Positions 30,880 through 40,856 are shown, counted from the stretch's first letter. The stretch is DNA of 64,000 bases from Candidatus Dormiibacterota bacterium (GCA_036844485.1 DAIUFS010000001.1:18068-82067), one strand, 5' to 3'. Made by a program: numbers and translations. Notes: a model not told the origin generated them from the letters alone.

Positions 30880-31325
30880 GTGGCAACGATCCTCACCGCC
30901 GGCGGCGTGGCCGCGCCGGCCAACGTGCACGCGGCGGACAACGGCTTCATCAACGTCACAGCGGTGCGCCAGCAGTATCCGCTCGATTGCGAGGCGGCGG
31001 CGCTGCAGATCGCCTTGAGCGCCATCGCGATCAACGTCAGCCAGGATTGGCTCCTGCAGCGGTTCGGCGCCGACCTCAGGTGGCGATGTACGACCGCAGC
31101 ATCTGGGTGAAGAAGAATGATGGGGCAGGCTCCTTCACCGCGCCGACGCGATGGTCGAGCCAGCCCTTCTACGGCGTCTGGCAGTACCTCGCCGACCTCG
31201 ACCGCAGCGGACGCGCGTCGGCGGTCGCGGTGAGCCGGACGGCGATCTGGGTGGAACAGAACACTGGGGGTGCCTTCGGCCCCCCGGTTCTCTGGTTCGG
31301 GGCTGCTTTCTACGGACCGCAGTAG
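30880..31325 (+). pseudogene. Deletion remnant of a paralogous secreted protein: signal peptide plus C39-like peptidase N-terminus joined out of frame to the last 1.7 FG-GAP repeats
   Basis: Frame 1: AVATILTAGGVAAPANVHA | ADNGFINVTAVRQQYPLDCEAAALQIALSAIAINVSQDWLLQRFGADL, then stop at 31110. Frame +1 from ~31080: VAMYDRSIWVKKNDGAGSFTAPTRWSSQPFYGVW...ADLDRSGRASAVAVSRTAIWVEQNTGGAFGPPVLW, stop at 31325. Confidence 0.45.
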
Positions 31326-31349
31326 TCGTGATCCGTAGACTGCAGCCCT

Positions 31350-33392
31350 GTGCCTGAACCCGATGCGCCTCTGCCCGCCCTCCGAGAACGCCTCAGTGAC
31401 CTCGACAAGAGGATCGTCGAGTTGATCGCCGAGCGGTTTCGCGTCGTTGCCGGCGTGAGCCGGGAAAAGGCGGGCTCGGACGCCGCCATCCGCGATCCCG
31501 ATCGCGAGCGTCAGGTCCTCGAGACTGTGGAACAGATCGCCCGCGCGGAGGGCGCGCCGGTCAACCTGGTCCGCCGCATGTACCGCGACCTCCTCGGCGA
31601 GTCGGTGAGCCGCCAGGTCGCCAGCCAGGCCGCGCCCCCGCGCCTCGAGGTCCTCCGTGTGGCCGTTCAGGGAGCCGAGTTCACGTTCGGTGCCCTGGCC
31701 GCTCAGAAATACCTTGCCGGGAGTGAGCGCGACGGCGAGCTCATCGCGTCGCGCACCTATCAGGCAGCCGTCGATGCACTGCGGGGCGGGGACGTGGACC
31801 TCGCCATCCTTCCCATCGAGAACACCATTGCCGGGAGCATCAACGAGGTCTACGACCTGCTTCGCGAGAATGACGTGTCGATCGTCGGAGAGGAGACGTG
31901 GAGTGTCGACCACTGCCTTGCCGGAGTCAGTGAGATCCCCCTCGGGGCCATCCGGCATGTGCTCTCGGATCTCGACGGGTTGGAGCAGTGTTCCGCGTTC
32001 GTCCAGGCCCTGTCGCGGGCGAGTCCCGTTCTCCAGTTCGATGCCGGCGTCGCCATGCGCACGGTCGCGCACGACGGCGATCCCACCCAGGTGGCCATCG
32101 GCGCACCTGAGGCAGCGGCTGCGCACGGATTGCAGGTGCTGCGCCGGGGCATCACCAACCAACCCGAGAACTACACACGCTTTGTGGTCCTGGCTCGGCA
32201 CCCCGTCGCCGTCCCTCTCAACGCGCCGTGCAAGACCAGCCTCATCTTCGTGACGCGCCACGAGCAGGGCGCGCTGATGCGCTCCCTCGATGTCCTCGGC
32301 AGCAGCGGACACTCGATGACCAAGCTCGAGTCCCGGCCCCGCCCGGGACGCCCCTGGGAATACATGTTCTTCCTGGACTTCGAGGGCAACGTCGCCGACC
32401 CTCGCACCACCAGCGCGCTCGACGACCTGCGGTCGACGTCCCTGCACCTGAAGGTGCTCGGCAGCTACCCGGCAAAGGCGACCAGAGTCGATTTCCAGCC
32501 CGGGGACTCCACCCCTCTTGTCTCCGAGCCGTCCGGTGTCGATGTGCTGGAAGCCGTCGTGACGGGAGGGCCATCGGTGAGGACGTCGAGCAACTACAAG
32601 CTCGCCGGCCGCGCCGCCCGGGCTGCCGACACGGTCATCCCGGTGGGAGGAATTCTCGTCGGAGGATCCGGGTTCGTTGTCATGGCCGGTCCCTGTTCCG
32701 TGGAGTCCGCGGATCAGATCACCGCCACCGCCAAGTCCGTTCGGGAGGCGGGTGCTCAGATTCTCCGAGGAGGTGTGTTCAAGCCACGCACGTCGCCCTA
32801 CGCGTTCCAGGGACTGGGATGGAAGGGGCTGGAGCTGCTCGCCGCGGCTGGGAAGGCCTGCGGCATGCCCATCATCAGCGAGGTCATGGCCGTCGATCAG
32901 GTCCATCGCATGGCCGAGCTGGTCGACGTCCTCCAGGTCGGCGCCAGGAACATGCAGAACTTCGACCTGCTCCGCGAGCTCGGCAAGGTCGATCGTCCCA
33001 TCCTCCTCAAGCGCGGCCTCTCCAGCACCATCGAGGAGTGGCTGGGTGCCGCCGAATACATCCTCGCCATCGGCAACCAGCAGGTGATGCTCTGCGAGCG
33101 CGGCATTCGCACCTTCGAGACCAGCACAAGGAACACCCTCGATCTGTCAGCGATCCCCGTGTTGCGGGAACGCACCCACCTGCCCGTCATCGTCGATCCC
33201 AGTCACGGGACGGGCTACCGCCCGTACGTCGCCCCGATGGCGAGGGCGGCGCGGGCGGCGGGAGCCCACGGCCTTCTCATCGAGGTGCATCCCGACCCAG
33301 ACAAAGCACTGTCGGATGCGGCTCAGAGTCTGTCGTTCGGAGACTTTCTCGCACTGATGCGCAGCCTGGAGACGGTGGGCCCCGCCGTCTAG
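31350..33392 (+). CDS. Tri-functional fusion: chorismate mutase (AroQ), prephenate dehydratase + ACT (P-protein), and type I-beta DAHP synthase
   Basis: One uninterrupted 680-aa ORF. CM helix [22 protein letters not shown]; [23 protein letters not shown]...[19 protein letters not shown]...NYTRFVVL; [18 protein letters not shown]...[11 protein letters not shown]; [17 protein letters not shown]...DPSHGTG. Confidence 0.8.
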   Translation: MPEPDAPLPALRERLSDLDKRIVELIAERFRVVAGVSREKAGSDAAIRDPDRERQVLETVEQIARAEGAPVNLVRRMYRDLLGESVSRQVASQAAPPRLEVLRVAVQGAEFTFGALAAQKYLAGSERDGELIASRTYQAAVDALRGGDVDLAILPIENTIAGSINEVYDLLRENDVSIVGEETWSVDHCLAGVSEIPLGAIRHVLSDLDGLEQCSAFVQALSRASPVLQFDAGVAMRTVAHDGDPTQVAIGAPEAAAAHGLQVLRRGITNQPENYTRFVVLARHPVAVPLNAPCKTSLIFVTRHEQGALMRSLDVLGSSGHSMTKLESRPRPGRPWEYMFFLDFEGNVADPRTTSALDDLRSTSLHLKVLGSYPAKATRVDFQPGDSTPLVSEPSGVDVLEAVVTGGPSVRTSSNYKLAGRAARAADTVIPVGGILVGGSGFVVMAGPCSVESADQITATAKSVREAGAQILRGGVFKPRTSPYAFQGLGWKGLELLAAAGKACGMPIISEVMAVDQVHRMAELVDVLQVGARNMQNFDLLRELGKVDRPILLKRGLSSTIEEWLGAAEYILAIGNQQVMLCERGIRTFETSTRNTLDLSAIPVLRERTHLPVIVDPSHGTGYRPYVAPMARAARAAGAHGLLIEVHPDPDKALSDAAQSLSFGDFLALMRSLETVGPAV

Positions 33393-33397
33393 CGACC

Positions 33398-34753
33398 TCA
33401 CGCTCCCGGGCGCTGCACCCACAGGAAGCTGGTGAAATTCTCGTTGAGGTCCTGGAGATCGTCCTCGATCACGCGCAGACCGTACATGTCGGCGAGAACG
33501 CGGCTCCCCATGGTGGCGATGTTGGCCGCCAGCCCGCCCGCAGCGAGAAGCTCCGCCACCTTGGCGTGGTCGATCAGGTCGCCGTCCCCGCTGGTCTGAC
33601 GGAGCTGGGGGTATTTGGCGCGCAGGCTGGTGCGGCATTGGGCCAGCACCTGCGGATGAGTCATGACGGTGTCGACGTCGCTGACGGCGCCATCAGGGGA
33701 CATCATCAGGGCGTGCGAGATCTTGATGGCGAACTCCTCGACGATGGCGAAGCGGTATCTCGCCATAGCCTCGACGGACTCGCCGACCATCCCGCCGACG
33801 GAGTTGTGGATGGCGAACTGGCCGCGATCGACGGTGCCCTCGTGCAGCGCACGCAGCACCCGCTCTGTAGTGTGGAGGTAGACCAGCTCATAGGCAACGT
33901 CCGAGGTGCGACTCATGTAGTGCCGCGCGGCTTCCTCGTTGAAGCTGCCGCGGCCGCCCTGAATCCCGATGACCATCCGGTCGGTCACCACTCGGTTGGG
34001 GAGGAGCTGATCGAAGACGGAGTCCTGCGCCTCTGAGAGGCGCACCCGCATGGCGGCGGTGAAGGGGTTGCGGGTCTGCAGATCGACAAAGAGCTGTTGT
34101 GTGTCGTGGGCCACCTGGGCGGTGATCTCGTGGAGCTTCTTGGTGCCAAGCGTGTCGATCGCTGTCGGGGTGAAGCCGAAACGCTCGAGTGTCCGGCCGA
34201 CGAAGTGGGTCACACCCTGGCTCTCGGCGGCAAGCCGGTCGTGCTCGTCCGCCGTCATGAGCACCACAGACAACCCCTTGTTCTCAAAGTATTCGCGCCA
34301 TCGCGCAAACGCGGCCTCCGGCATTCGGTAGCGATCGAGGACGATGGTCTGCCCGGCCAAACCTCCGACGGCCACGCTGTCTGGTCCGAACATCGGGTGG
34401 GTGAGCATCGCCGGGAACGCCACCGGCAGCAGGCGATCGAACACGTCACGCGGATGGACCTTGACGGAGAGGACGTCAACCAGCGTTGGGGTCTTTCCCG
34501 ATTCCGCGAAGTCCGGGAGGTGCTCTGCCAGCGTGGCCTCGAACATCGAGATGGGGACGCAGTAGAAGATGACCTCGGAGGAGAGGGCCGAACGCAGCGA
34601 CACCGCATATCCCTGCGCCGCAGCCTCCTCGCGCATCGCGGGCGCCGAGTCGTACACGGCGACATCCCAATCGTCGCGGAGCAGCGACGCCCAGAGCCGT
34701 CCAAAACGGCCGAACCCCACGACGGCAACAGTCATCGGGGAAGCATCGGCCAT
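33398..34753 (-). CDS. tyrA: Prephenate/arogenate dehydrogenase (TyrA) fused to a prephenate-dehydratase-like catalytic domain, no ACT domain
   Basis: N-terminal VAVVGFGRFGRLWASLL Rossmann motif plus TyrA core. The C-terminus carries IGIQGGRGSFNEEAARHY...VMTHPQVLAQC...NFTSFLWV, which are PDT motifs. The ORF ends where an ACT domain would begin. Confidence 0.7.
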   Translation of the reverse strand: MADASPMTVAVVGFGRFGRLWASLLRDDWDVAVYDSAPAMREEAAAQGYAVSLRSALSSEVIFYCVPISMFEATLAEHLPDFAESGKTPTLVDVLSVKVHPRDVFDRLLPVAFPAMLTHPMFGPDSVAVGGLAGQTIVLDRYRMPEAAFARWREYFENKGLSVVLMTADEHDRLAAESQGVTHFVGRTLERFGFTPTAIDTLGTKKLHEITAQVAHDTQQLFVDLQTRNPFTAAMRVRLSEAQDSVFDQLLPNRVVTDRMVIGIQGGRGSFNEEAARHYMSRTSDVAYELVYLHTTERVLRALHEGTVDRGQFAIHNSVGGMVGESVEAMARYRFAIVEEFAIKISHALMMSPDGAVSDVDTVMTHPQVLAQCRTSLRAKYPQLRQTSGDGDLIDHAKVAELLAAGGLAANIATMGSRVLADMYGLRVIEDDLQDLNENFTSFLWVQRPGA

Positions 34754-34881
34754 GGCGCGGCATTCTGCGATCTCCGGCGACTGATCGGCCTCTCGCGGGG
34801 GCGCCGGGCATGTGCGTTCCGCCGTGTCCGCCCGACGCGGGATGATGGTTCGGTTGCCCCGCGAGCCCAGGAGGCCGAACC

Positions 34882-35454
34882 ATGACCGAGGAGAACCACG
34901 CGAGTCTCGACCTGCTCGACCGGGCGGTGACGCAGACCCGCGAGATCGTCGCCGCCGTGGATGCCAGGGACGCGAGCTCGCCGACGCCCTGCCATTCTTG
35001 GAACGTTGCCCGACTGGTCTCGCATCTGGTGCGCGCCATGGAGAAATTCGCCGAGATGGCGAGGGGAGGCGAGTGGCGACCAGGCGACCTCGAGCCGCTC
35101 GACCCCGGCGAGTGGCGACCAGCGGTCACCGCAAGCGCCGACGCGCTCATGGAAGCATGGCGCGGCCACGGCGAGCTCACCGACCGGGACCTGCAGCGCG
35201 TCAGTCAGCAGACGGCCGAGGTCGCGGTCCACGGTTGGGACGTGGCCCGGGCCACGCACCAGTCGGTGGTCATCGACGCGGACGCAGCCGAGGCCGCGCT
35301 GGAGTGGGCGCAGCGCAACCTGAAACCCGAATTCCGTGGGGACGAGGAGAGTGGCAAGGCCTTCGGGCCCGAGATTCCACTGGCCGCGACCGCGCCGGCC
35401 GGCGACCGCCTCGCGGCTTTTTTCGGACGCGACGTGGCCGCATGGCCGGCATAG
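34882..35454 (+). CDS. TIGR03086-family (DinB/MDMPI-N-like) actinobacterial protein
   Basis: 190 aa. The pattern PTPCHSWNVARLVSHLV...VHGWDVARATHQ is typical of the mycothiol-dependent maleylpyruvate isomerase N-terminal-like fold. Confidence 0.55.
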   Translation: MTEENHASLDLLDRAVTQTREIVAAVDARDASSPTPCHSWNVARLVSHLVRAMEKFAEMARGGEWRPGDLEPLDPGEWRPAVTASADALMEAWRGHGELTDRDLQRVSQQTAEVAVHGWDVARATHQSVVIDADAAEAALEWAQRNLKPEFRGDEESGKAFGPEIPLAATAPAGDRLAAFFGRDVAAWPA

Positions 35455-35563
35455 ACAGGTGACCCGGCCGTGAGCACGCTTCCCGGCAGGTCACGTTCCG
35501 TTCGCGCTCATCGGCCCGGCGATCAGCCTGCGCTAGGCCACACGGACTTCGACCGGCCCTGCG

Positions 35564-36886
35564 TCAGGCGATTCCAACCACCGTCGCCGATCGACTGAGG
35601 ATCGTGGTGACGTGGCCACTGACCGGGTCCACCACCACCACTGAGCTCGTCGAGACACCGTTGGCGGCGGCGACGGTACGCGTGCCCAGGATGGAGCCGT
35701 CGTTCAGCCAGGCATCGGGCGCGAGCCCGACCGGCCCGACGGTGCGCGCTGCACCGGTGCCGATATCCATGACATGCAAAGTCGTGGCCGGCCGCCAGTC
35801 GGGACCGCCGCATCCACCCGCGTCCTTCGGGACTGTGGCGTACGCGACGGTGGATCCGTGGAAGGTTGCGGCGCCGCCGCTGGTCATCCCCGACAGGTCG
35901 TAGTGCGCGGTTGCGTGCAGGTTGTGGAGGAAGTCAATGCTGGCGGACCCTCCGCTTGAGGACACCTGGAAGCAGGCCGCTGTGCCGTCCGCACTGGCGC
36001 CGGACAGCGGGCAACTGTCAGATGCTGTGACCGGCGTGGCGGTGCCGGTGACAGGGTCGATGAACGCGGAGTATCCCGCGGTCATCTCCATGTCAAAGGG
36101 TGTGCCACAGCCGCAGCCGCCGAGCGGCTGGCGCTCGATGAGGATCCCGTGCGCGGTCCAGGAGATGGGGTAGTACTGCCAGGAGGGCGGCGCATCGGAG
36201 CTCGGATGGGTGGGATCAGCGTTGCGCTGAGCGATCAACTGGGCAGCCTCGGCGCTGCCGCCGCGGTAGAGGCGGTTGCTGACAACTCCGTGCGCATCCT
36301 GAGATGTGGTGGAGTACGCCCACTCGGAGCCGTCGGGCGACACCACGACTCTGCCGTTCTGCGTGGCCGGAACGGTGGCGAGCGTGATCACCCCACCTCC
36401 GGCGCCGAGCCGCTGCAGCTCGTGGCCGGTGACCCAGTACGCCGCACCGCCTCCCGCGCCGACTGTCCATCGCGCGTCGACGGGGACCGCCGCGGAGTTG
36501 AGGACCGTGCCCGCCCTGCTGATCAGCGTGACCTGGAACGTCGGGCCTGAGACGCTGTTCTCAGCGGCGGTGACGATCACCTGCGGCGTCGTCGGCGGCG
36601 GCGGCGGTGGCGTCGGTGCGGAGCTCGGCGATGGCGATGGCGGCACCGACAGGGCCGGTGATGTCGGCGCGGGTGTTGCCGTGGCGCTGGCGCCGGCGCG
36701 CGCCGGCGCTAGCACGGCGGGCGTGTTGGAGGTGCCCCGCTGCGCCGAGCCGAGGACGCTCGCGGTGGCTCCGCACCCACTTGCCGCGAGGCCGCTGGCG
36801 ATGAGGATGGTGAGGCGCTTGGCGTTCACGACGGTGCTCCCTGATGCGGGTCGAGACGGCGCGTTTGGCGACGTGTGACCCTGCAA
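35564..36886 (-). CDS. Hypothetical secreted lipoprotein with Pro/Ser-rich linker
   Basis: Lipobox LAASGCG, a PS-rich linker, and a Cys-containing Gly-rich C-terminal domain. No recognisable catalytic motif. Confidence 0.45.
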   Translation of the reverse strand: MQGHTSPNAPSRPASGSTVVNAKRLTILIASGLAASGCGATASVLGSAQRGTSNTPAVLAPARAGASATATPAPTSPALSVPPSPSPSSAPTPPPPPPTTPQVIVTAAENSVSGPTFQVTLISRAGTVLNSAAVPVDARWTVGAGGGAAYWVTGHELQRLGAGGGVITLATVPATQNGRVVVSPDGSEWAYSTTSQDAHGVVSNRLYRGGSAEAAQLIAQRNADPTHPSSDAPPSWQYYPISWTAHGILIERQPLGGCGCGTPFDMEMTAGYSAFIDPVTGTATPVTASDSCPLSGASADGTAACFQVSSSGGSASIDFLHNLHATAHYDLSGMTSGGAATFHGSTVAYATVPKDAGGCGGPDWRPATTLHVMDIGTGAARTVGPVGLAPDAWLNDGSILGTRTVAAANGVSTSSVVVVDPVSGHVTTILSRSATVVGIA

Positions 36887-36952
36887 CGGGGATGGATGAC
36901 GGAGGGATACGGCGCTGAGCGGCCCCCGACCCGGGACGAGGGCCAGCTCGTC

Positions 36953-37747
36953 TCACACAGCGGTGGACTCAGTCGGCTCCAGCCTCTCCGCCCCGTCAGT
37001 TGCGGTGGATGCCGGCGGAGGCGGAGGCGCAGTCACGCCGACGAGATGGTCCAGGACCACCAACGCGCTGTCGCGCAATAGACAGGCCGTCCGCCACGCG
37101 GGGGAGCTGCCACCTGTGCCGTCAGGGTCCGGATCCGCCTCGGCGATGGACCACACCGCGGTGCGCGCCAGGACGCGAGCCGCCTCCCAGTGGCGGCGGG
37201 CGCGGGGTCCGATGACCCCGTCTGCGGCGTCTCTCCCTGCCAGGCAGGCCCCGGTGACTCCCGCGGTGCCGAGCGCGCCGCTGACCGTTTCCGCCGTCCG
37301 GTGATCGTCGACCGGGCGCACCAGTGCGTGGCCGTACGAATCCATCGCCGCGATGGCGGCCTCGAGCGCGCCGGCGCGGCCGGCGGCGACCGACGCCGCC
37401 AGGTCCTGCCGGTTGGCGGCCGCCAGCCAGGTGGGGAGCGCGACCGAGATCATCCAGTCCCAGAGGATCTGGCGCCGCAGGTCCTCGTCCTCACGGCTCC
37501 CACGCGTGTCGATCATGCGCGCGGCGAGCACCGCCAGGCGCTGGCGATGGGCGCTGTCCAGGGCATCGTTGAAGGAGCGAATGAAGGCTGCGATGACCGG
37601 GGACGCCGACTTGGGATGGTCGCTGTGCTTCTCTCCGGCCATCCAGGCGACCAGCTCCATGGTGCACACGCCATCCTGCGGGGTGCGATGGCGGCCCTTC
37701 TCGAGACGGACGATCTCGGCGAGCTCGCGAAAGAGTGTCCTGGCCAT
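36953..37747 (-). CDS. Hypothetical protein
   Basis: Long ORF with start taken at MARTLF. No domain recognised. Confidence 0.35.
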   Translation of the reverse strand: MARTLFRELAEIVRLEKGRHRTPQDGVCTMELVAWMAGEKHSDHPKSASPVIAAFIRSFNDALDSAHRQRLAVLAARMIDTRGSREDEDLRRQILWDWMISVALPTWLAAANRQDLAASVAAGRAGALEAAIAAMDSYGHALVRPVDDHRTAETVSGALGTAGVTGACLAGRDAADGVIGPRARRHWEAARVLARTAVWSIAEADPDPDGTGGSSPAWRTACLLRDSALVVLDHLVGVTAPPPPPASTATDGAERLEPTESTAV

Positions 37748-37874
37748 GGTCCTCTCCCTGCCGGTCAACGACTCCTCCCCGACTCTGCCACGGGCGGAGG
37801 CCGAACGCACGTGAGACTCGCGCCCCGCCGCCCGGCATGGTTGGCCCGAGGGTGGATCTGGAGATCATGCGGAG

Positions 37875-39056
37875 ATGAGTGACCCGGGCGTGGTGGTGGT
37901 CGGGGCAGGACCGAGTGGTGCCGCCACGGCGCTCGTCCTCAGCCGGGCCGGACATCCGGTGACGGTTCTTGACCGCGCTCGATTTCCGCGCGACAAAGCG
38001 TGCGGCGAAGGTCTGATGCCGCCAGGCGTCGCGGCGCTCCGCCGTCTCGGTGTCCTTGATGACGTGCTCGCCACCCAGGCACCACGCATCCGTGGCGTCA
38101 TGTACACCCATGGCGGCGATACAGCTTGCGCGTACGCGCGGTTTCCCTCGCCGCGCGACGGGAGCGAGCAGTGGGGCCTGGGGGTGCGCCGCACGTTCTT
38201 CGACGCGGTGCTCGTCGACGCCCTGCGGCGCGCGCCCCGAGTGACCCTTCTCGAGGGCGTTCGCGCCACCGGGATCCTCCGCGACAGCGCGGGCGTCATC
38301 GCTGGCGTGAGCACAGACTCAGGCCCTGTCGTTGGGCAGGCCGTCGTCGCCGCCGACGGACTGCACTCCTCGTTGCGGGCGGCCGCCGGCTGGACCACGG
38401 CCACCCGGGTCGATGGTCGCTATGGCCTCGCCGGGCACTGGCGGCTCGACGTCGGCACCCTCGATCGGATCACCGTGACCTTCGCCGAGCGGCAGGAGTG
38501 GTATCAGGCTCCCGTGGGCCCCGAGCTGCTCCTCGTCTCCACCCTCGCCGCCCGGCCACGCATCGGCGTGACCGCACGCGACTACGAGGCCGCTGCTCGC
38601 GCCGCCCTTCCGGCATTGCGGGGCGCGGAGCTCGTCGCCCCCCCGCTCGCCGCCGGACAGTTCCGGCAGCGTTCCCGTTCGGTGGCGCACGGCGGCCTGT
38701 TCCTCGTCGGCGACGCCGCCGGTTACGACGACCCCACCACTGGCGAGGGCATCGGCATCGGCCTTCTCCTCGCCGAGCGCCTCGGCGTCCACCTTGCCGC
38801 CCACCTGTCGGGCGAGGCCGACCGCGCCACGGCCGAGGCGCGCTACCGCCGAGATCATGCAGAGCTCTGGCGCAATCGCAGTCGCGTCACCGCGCTCGCA
38901 TTGATGATGGCGCGGTGTCCCTGGCTGAGCCGGCGCGCGGTGGCGCGAGGCGCCGGCCGGCCGCAGGCGCTGGGCACCCTGCTCGGCATCAACTGCGGCT
39001 ACTGGGGTTTCGGGAGGCTGACCCCGCGCGACTGGGCCAGTCTCGCCGGATTCTGA
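37875..39056 (+). CDS. FAD-dependent oxidoreductase (geranylgeranyl-reductase/flavin monooxygenase family; SrsC-like)
   Basis: VVVVGAGPSGAATALVL...DKACGEGL at the N-terminus and a GD motif (FLVGDAAG). Confidence 0.8.
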   Translation: MSDPGVVVVGAGPSGAATALVLSRAGHPVTVLDRARFPRDKACGEGLMPPGVAALRRLGVLDDVLATQAPRIRGVMYTHGGDTACAYARFPSPRDGSEQWGLGVRRTFFDAVLVDALRRAPRVTLLEGVRATGILRDSAGVIAGVSTDSGPVVGQAVVAADGLHSSLRAAAGWTTATRVDGRYGLAGHWRLDVGTLDRITVTFAERQEWYQAPVGPELLLVSTLAARPRIGVTARDYEAAARAALPALRGAELVAPPLAAGQFRQRSRSVAHGGLFLVGDAAGYDDPTTGEGIGIGLLLAERLGVHLAAHLSGEADRATAEARYRRDHAELWRNRSRVTALALMMARCPWLSRRAVARGAGRPQALGTLLGINCGYWGFGRLTPRDWASLAGF

Positions 39057-39626
39057 CTGCGACGGCCTGGCCGCGGCACGAACCTGGGGATCCCTGCGAA
39101 CGCCTCGCGGTAGCCGGGCACGCGGTCGAGCAGAGCCTCCTCGGCACGGATGCGCGGCCACAGCACCAGTGCGTCGGCAAACGAGAGCAACGCCGCCTCG
39201 CGCACCGCGCCCACTGCGACCGGCAGGCAGGCGAACTCCAGCGCGACCGCTGTGTAGTTGGGGTGGCGGATCCATCGATACGGACCCGACGTGATCACCT
39301 TCGTCGACGGCGACACGTGGGCGGTGACGTTCCAGCTCTCCCCGAGCGCGCGAATCACGCACAGGCGCAGGCACACGGCGCCGGCCACTCCGGCCAGAGC
39401 CGCGGCCTGGAGCGCGGCCGGGACTCTGCGGTCGCGCCGCGGCCAGCCGGCGGTCATGAACAGCGCGATGTGGGTGGCCACCATCAGCGGAAAGCTGCGC
39501 GGTGAGGCCGGCACCCCGTCACCCGAACGGGCGCGATTGCGTGCGGAGTGGCGCAGCTCCGCGAGGCGTTGGGCGGCGAGGAGAGCCACCAGCGCGGTTC
39601 GGGTCCGCGGCGTCAGCAGTCCCACT
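38999..39626 (-). CDS. ICMT/phospholipid-methyltransferase-family membrane methyltransferase (SrsB-like)
   Basis: VITSGPYRWIRHPNYTAVALEF motif. The GTG start overlaps the type III PKS stop by 14 bp. Confidence 0.7.
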
Positions 39627-40734
39627 CGAGCTCCACGAGCTCGACGGTGAGGCCGGGACCGAAACCGAGGATCAGACCACGGCCGAGCCGCGACGGCAGC
39701 GATGCAGCGAGCTCTTCGAGCACAAAGACGATCCCTGCCGACGAGGTGTTGCCGGTGGTGCGCAGCACCGATCGCGTGGCAGCGAGCTGGATGTCGCTCA
39801 GCCCGAGACACCTCTTGACGGCATCGACGATCGCGCGTCCACCAGGATGCAGCGCGACAGCGTCCAGTGCGGTGGCGCTGTCACTTCCACAAAAATCGCT
39901 GACCAGCGCCGGAAGTGCCGACGCCAGCAGCGCCGGCAACTGTCGCGAGAGGATGACACGAAAGCCATCGTCCGCGAGGTCGTACCCGAGCGCGTCGATG
40001 CTGCCAGGTACCAGCACACTGCGAACCCCCCCGAGGCACAGCCCGCGCGCCACAGAGTCGCCATCCCCGTCGAGCACGATGGCGCCGGCGCCGTCACCGA
40101 ACACCAGCGCGCTCAACAGGTTGTCGAGGGAGTGGTCACCCGGGCGGAAGGTGAGTGACGGCAGCTCGACGGCGACGACCAGCGCCCGCTCTCCTGGGTG
40201 GGTGCGCACCCAGTCAGCGGCCCGGGCCAGCCCACCCGCGCCGCCCGCGCAGCCCAGCTGGAGCATCGGCAGTCGCCAGACGTCCGGCCGAAGGCCCAGC
40301 CTGGGGATGAGGTGAGCGTCGAGTCCGGGAAGGATGAAACCGGTGCAGGACGCCACCACCAGCAGTCCGATCGTCTCGCGCCGGACGCCCGCGCTTGCGA
40401 TGGCTCGCTCGGCCGCTGCCACCGCCAGATCTGGTGCCGCCTGCGCGTATCGGGCCGTCTGGTCGCCGAGCGACAGCGCCTCGACCATCTCCGCCGGTTC
40501 GCGCAGCAGGTGGCGAAAGCCGTCGTCGAGAGGATCGATGAGCAGCGAGGTCCGTCGCGCCAGCTGCGGCCAGATGCGGGGCAGCACCTCCACCACCTCC
40601 TGGCGGCTGACCCTGCGCGGCGGTGTTGCAGTGCCCAATCCCGCAAGCCGGACGACTCGCTCCAGAGCCGGCGATCTGACAGTCAGGTTCGCTCGGCTGC
40701 GGTGCGGCACCGTGGTGGTCACAGCGCCTGTCAT
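39613..40734 (-). CDS. Type III polyketide synthase (chalcone/stilbene synthase family; alkylresorcinol/alkylpyrone-type)
   Basis: Catalytic Cys in LQLGCAGGAGGL, His in HPGGRAIVDA, Asn in GNTSSAG. Confidence 0.9.
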   Translation of the reverse strand: MTGAVTTTVPHRSRANLTVRSPALERVVRLAGLGTATPPRRVSRQEVVEVLPRIWPQLARRTSLLIDPLDDGFRHLLREPAEMVEALSLGDQTARYAQAAPDLAVAAAERAIASAGVRRETIGLLVVASCTGFILPGLDAHLIPRLGLRPDVWRLPMLQLGCAGGAGGLARAADWVRTHPGERALVVAVELPSLTFRPGDHSLDNLLSALVFGDGAGAIVLDGDGDSVARGLCLGGVRSVLVPGSIDALGYDLADDGFRVILSRQLPALLASALPALVSDFCGSDSATALDAVALHPGGRAIVDAVKRCLGLSDIQLAATRSVLRTTGNTSSAGIVFVLEELAASLPSRLGRGLILGFGPGLTVELVELEWDC

Positions 40735-40856
40735 AACATGTTGGGGTGCTGTCTCCGGCGTCGCTGTCACATCCACGACCTCTGTGCCGTCTGTGACATC
40801 CAATGCCGTGGCTCGGTCCGCCCTCCATGGACGGCGAGGCGCTAAGGTGGGTCGCG

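Noticed and set aside
31350-33392. Possibility that the CM–PDT–ACT–DAHPS ORF is three adjacent genes and not a fusion
   Set aside because: The six-frame track shows one uninterrupted 680-aa frame with no internal stop. The inter-domain linkers are short and in frame. A sequencing-error-generated fusion cannot be excluded without reads.
40803-40856. Longer start for the LigD-Pol gene (MPWLGPPSMDGEALRWVAMDDEV) that would abut the type III PKS gene
   Set aside because: The extension overlaps the divergent PKS 5' region and adds no conserved residues. The start was placed at MDDEVVLVEASGREV, though the longer form cannot be excluded.
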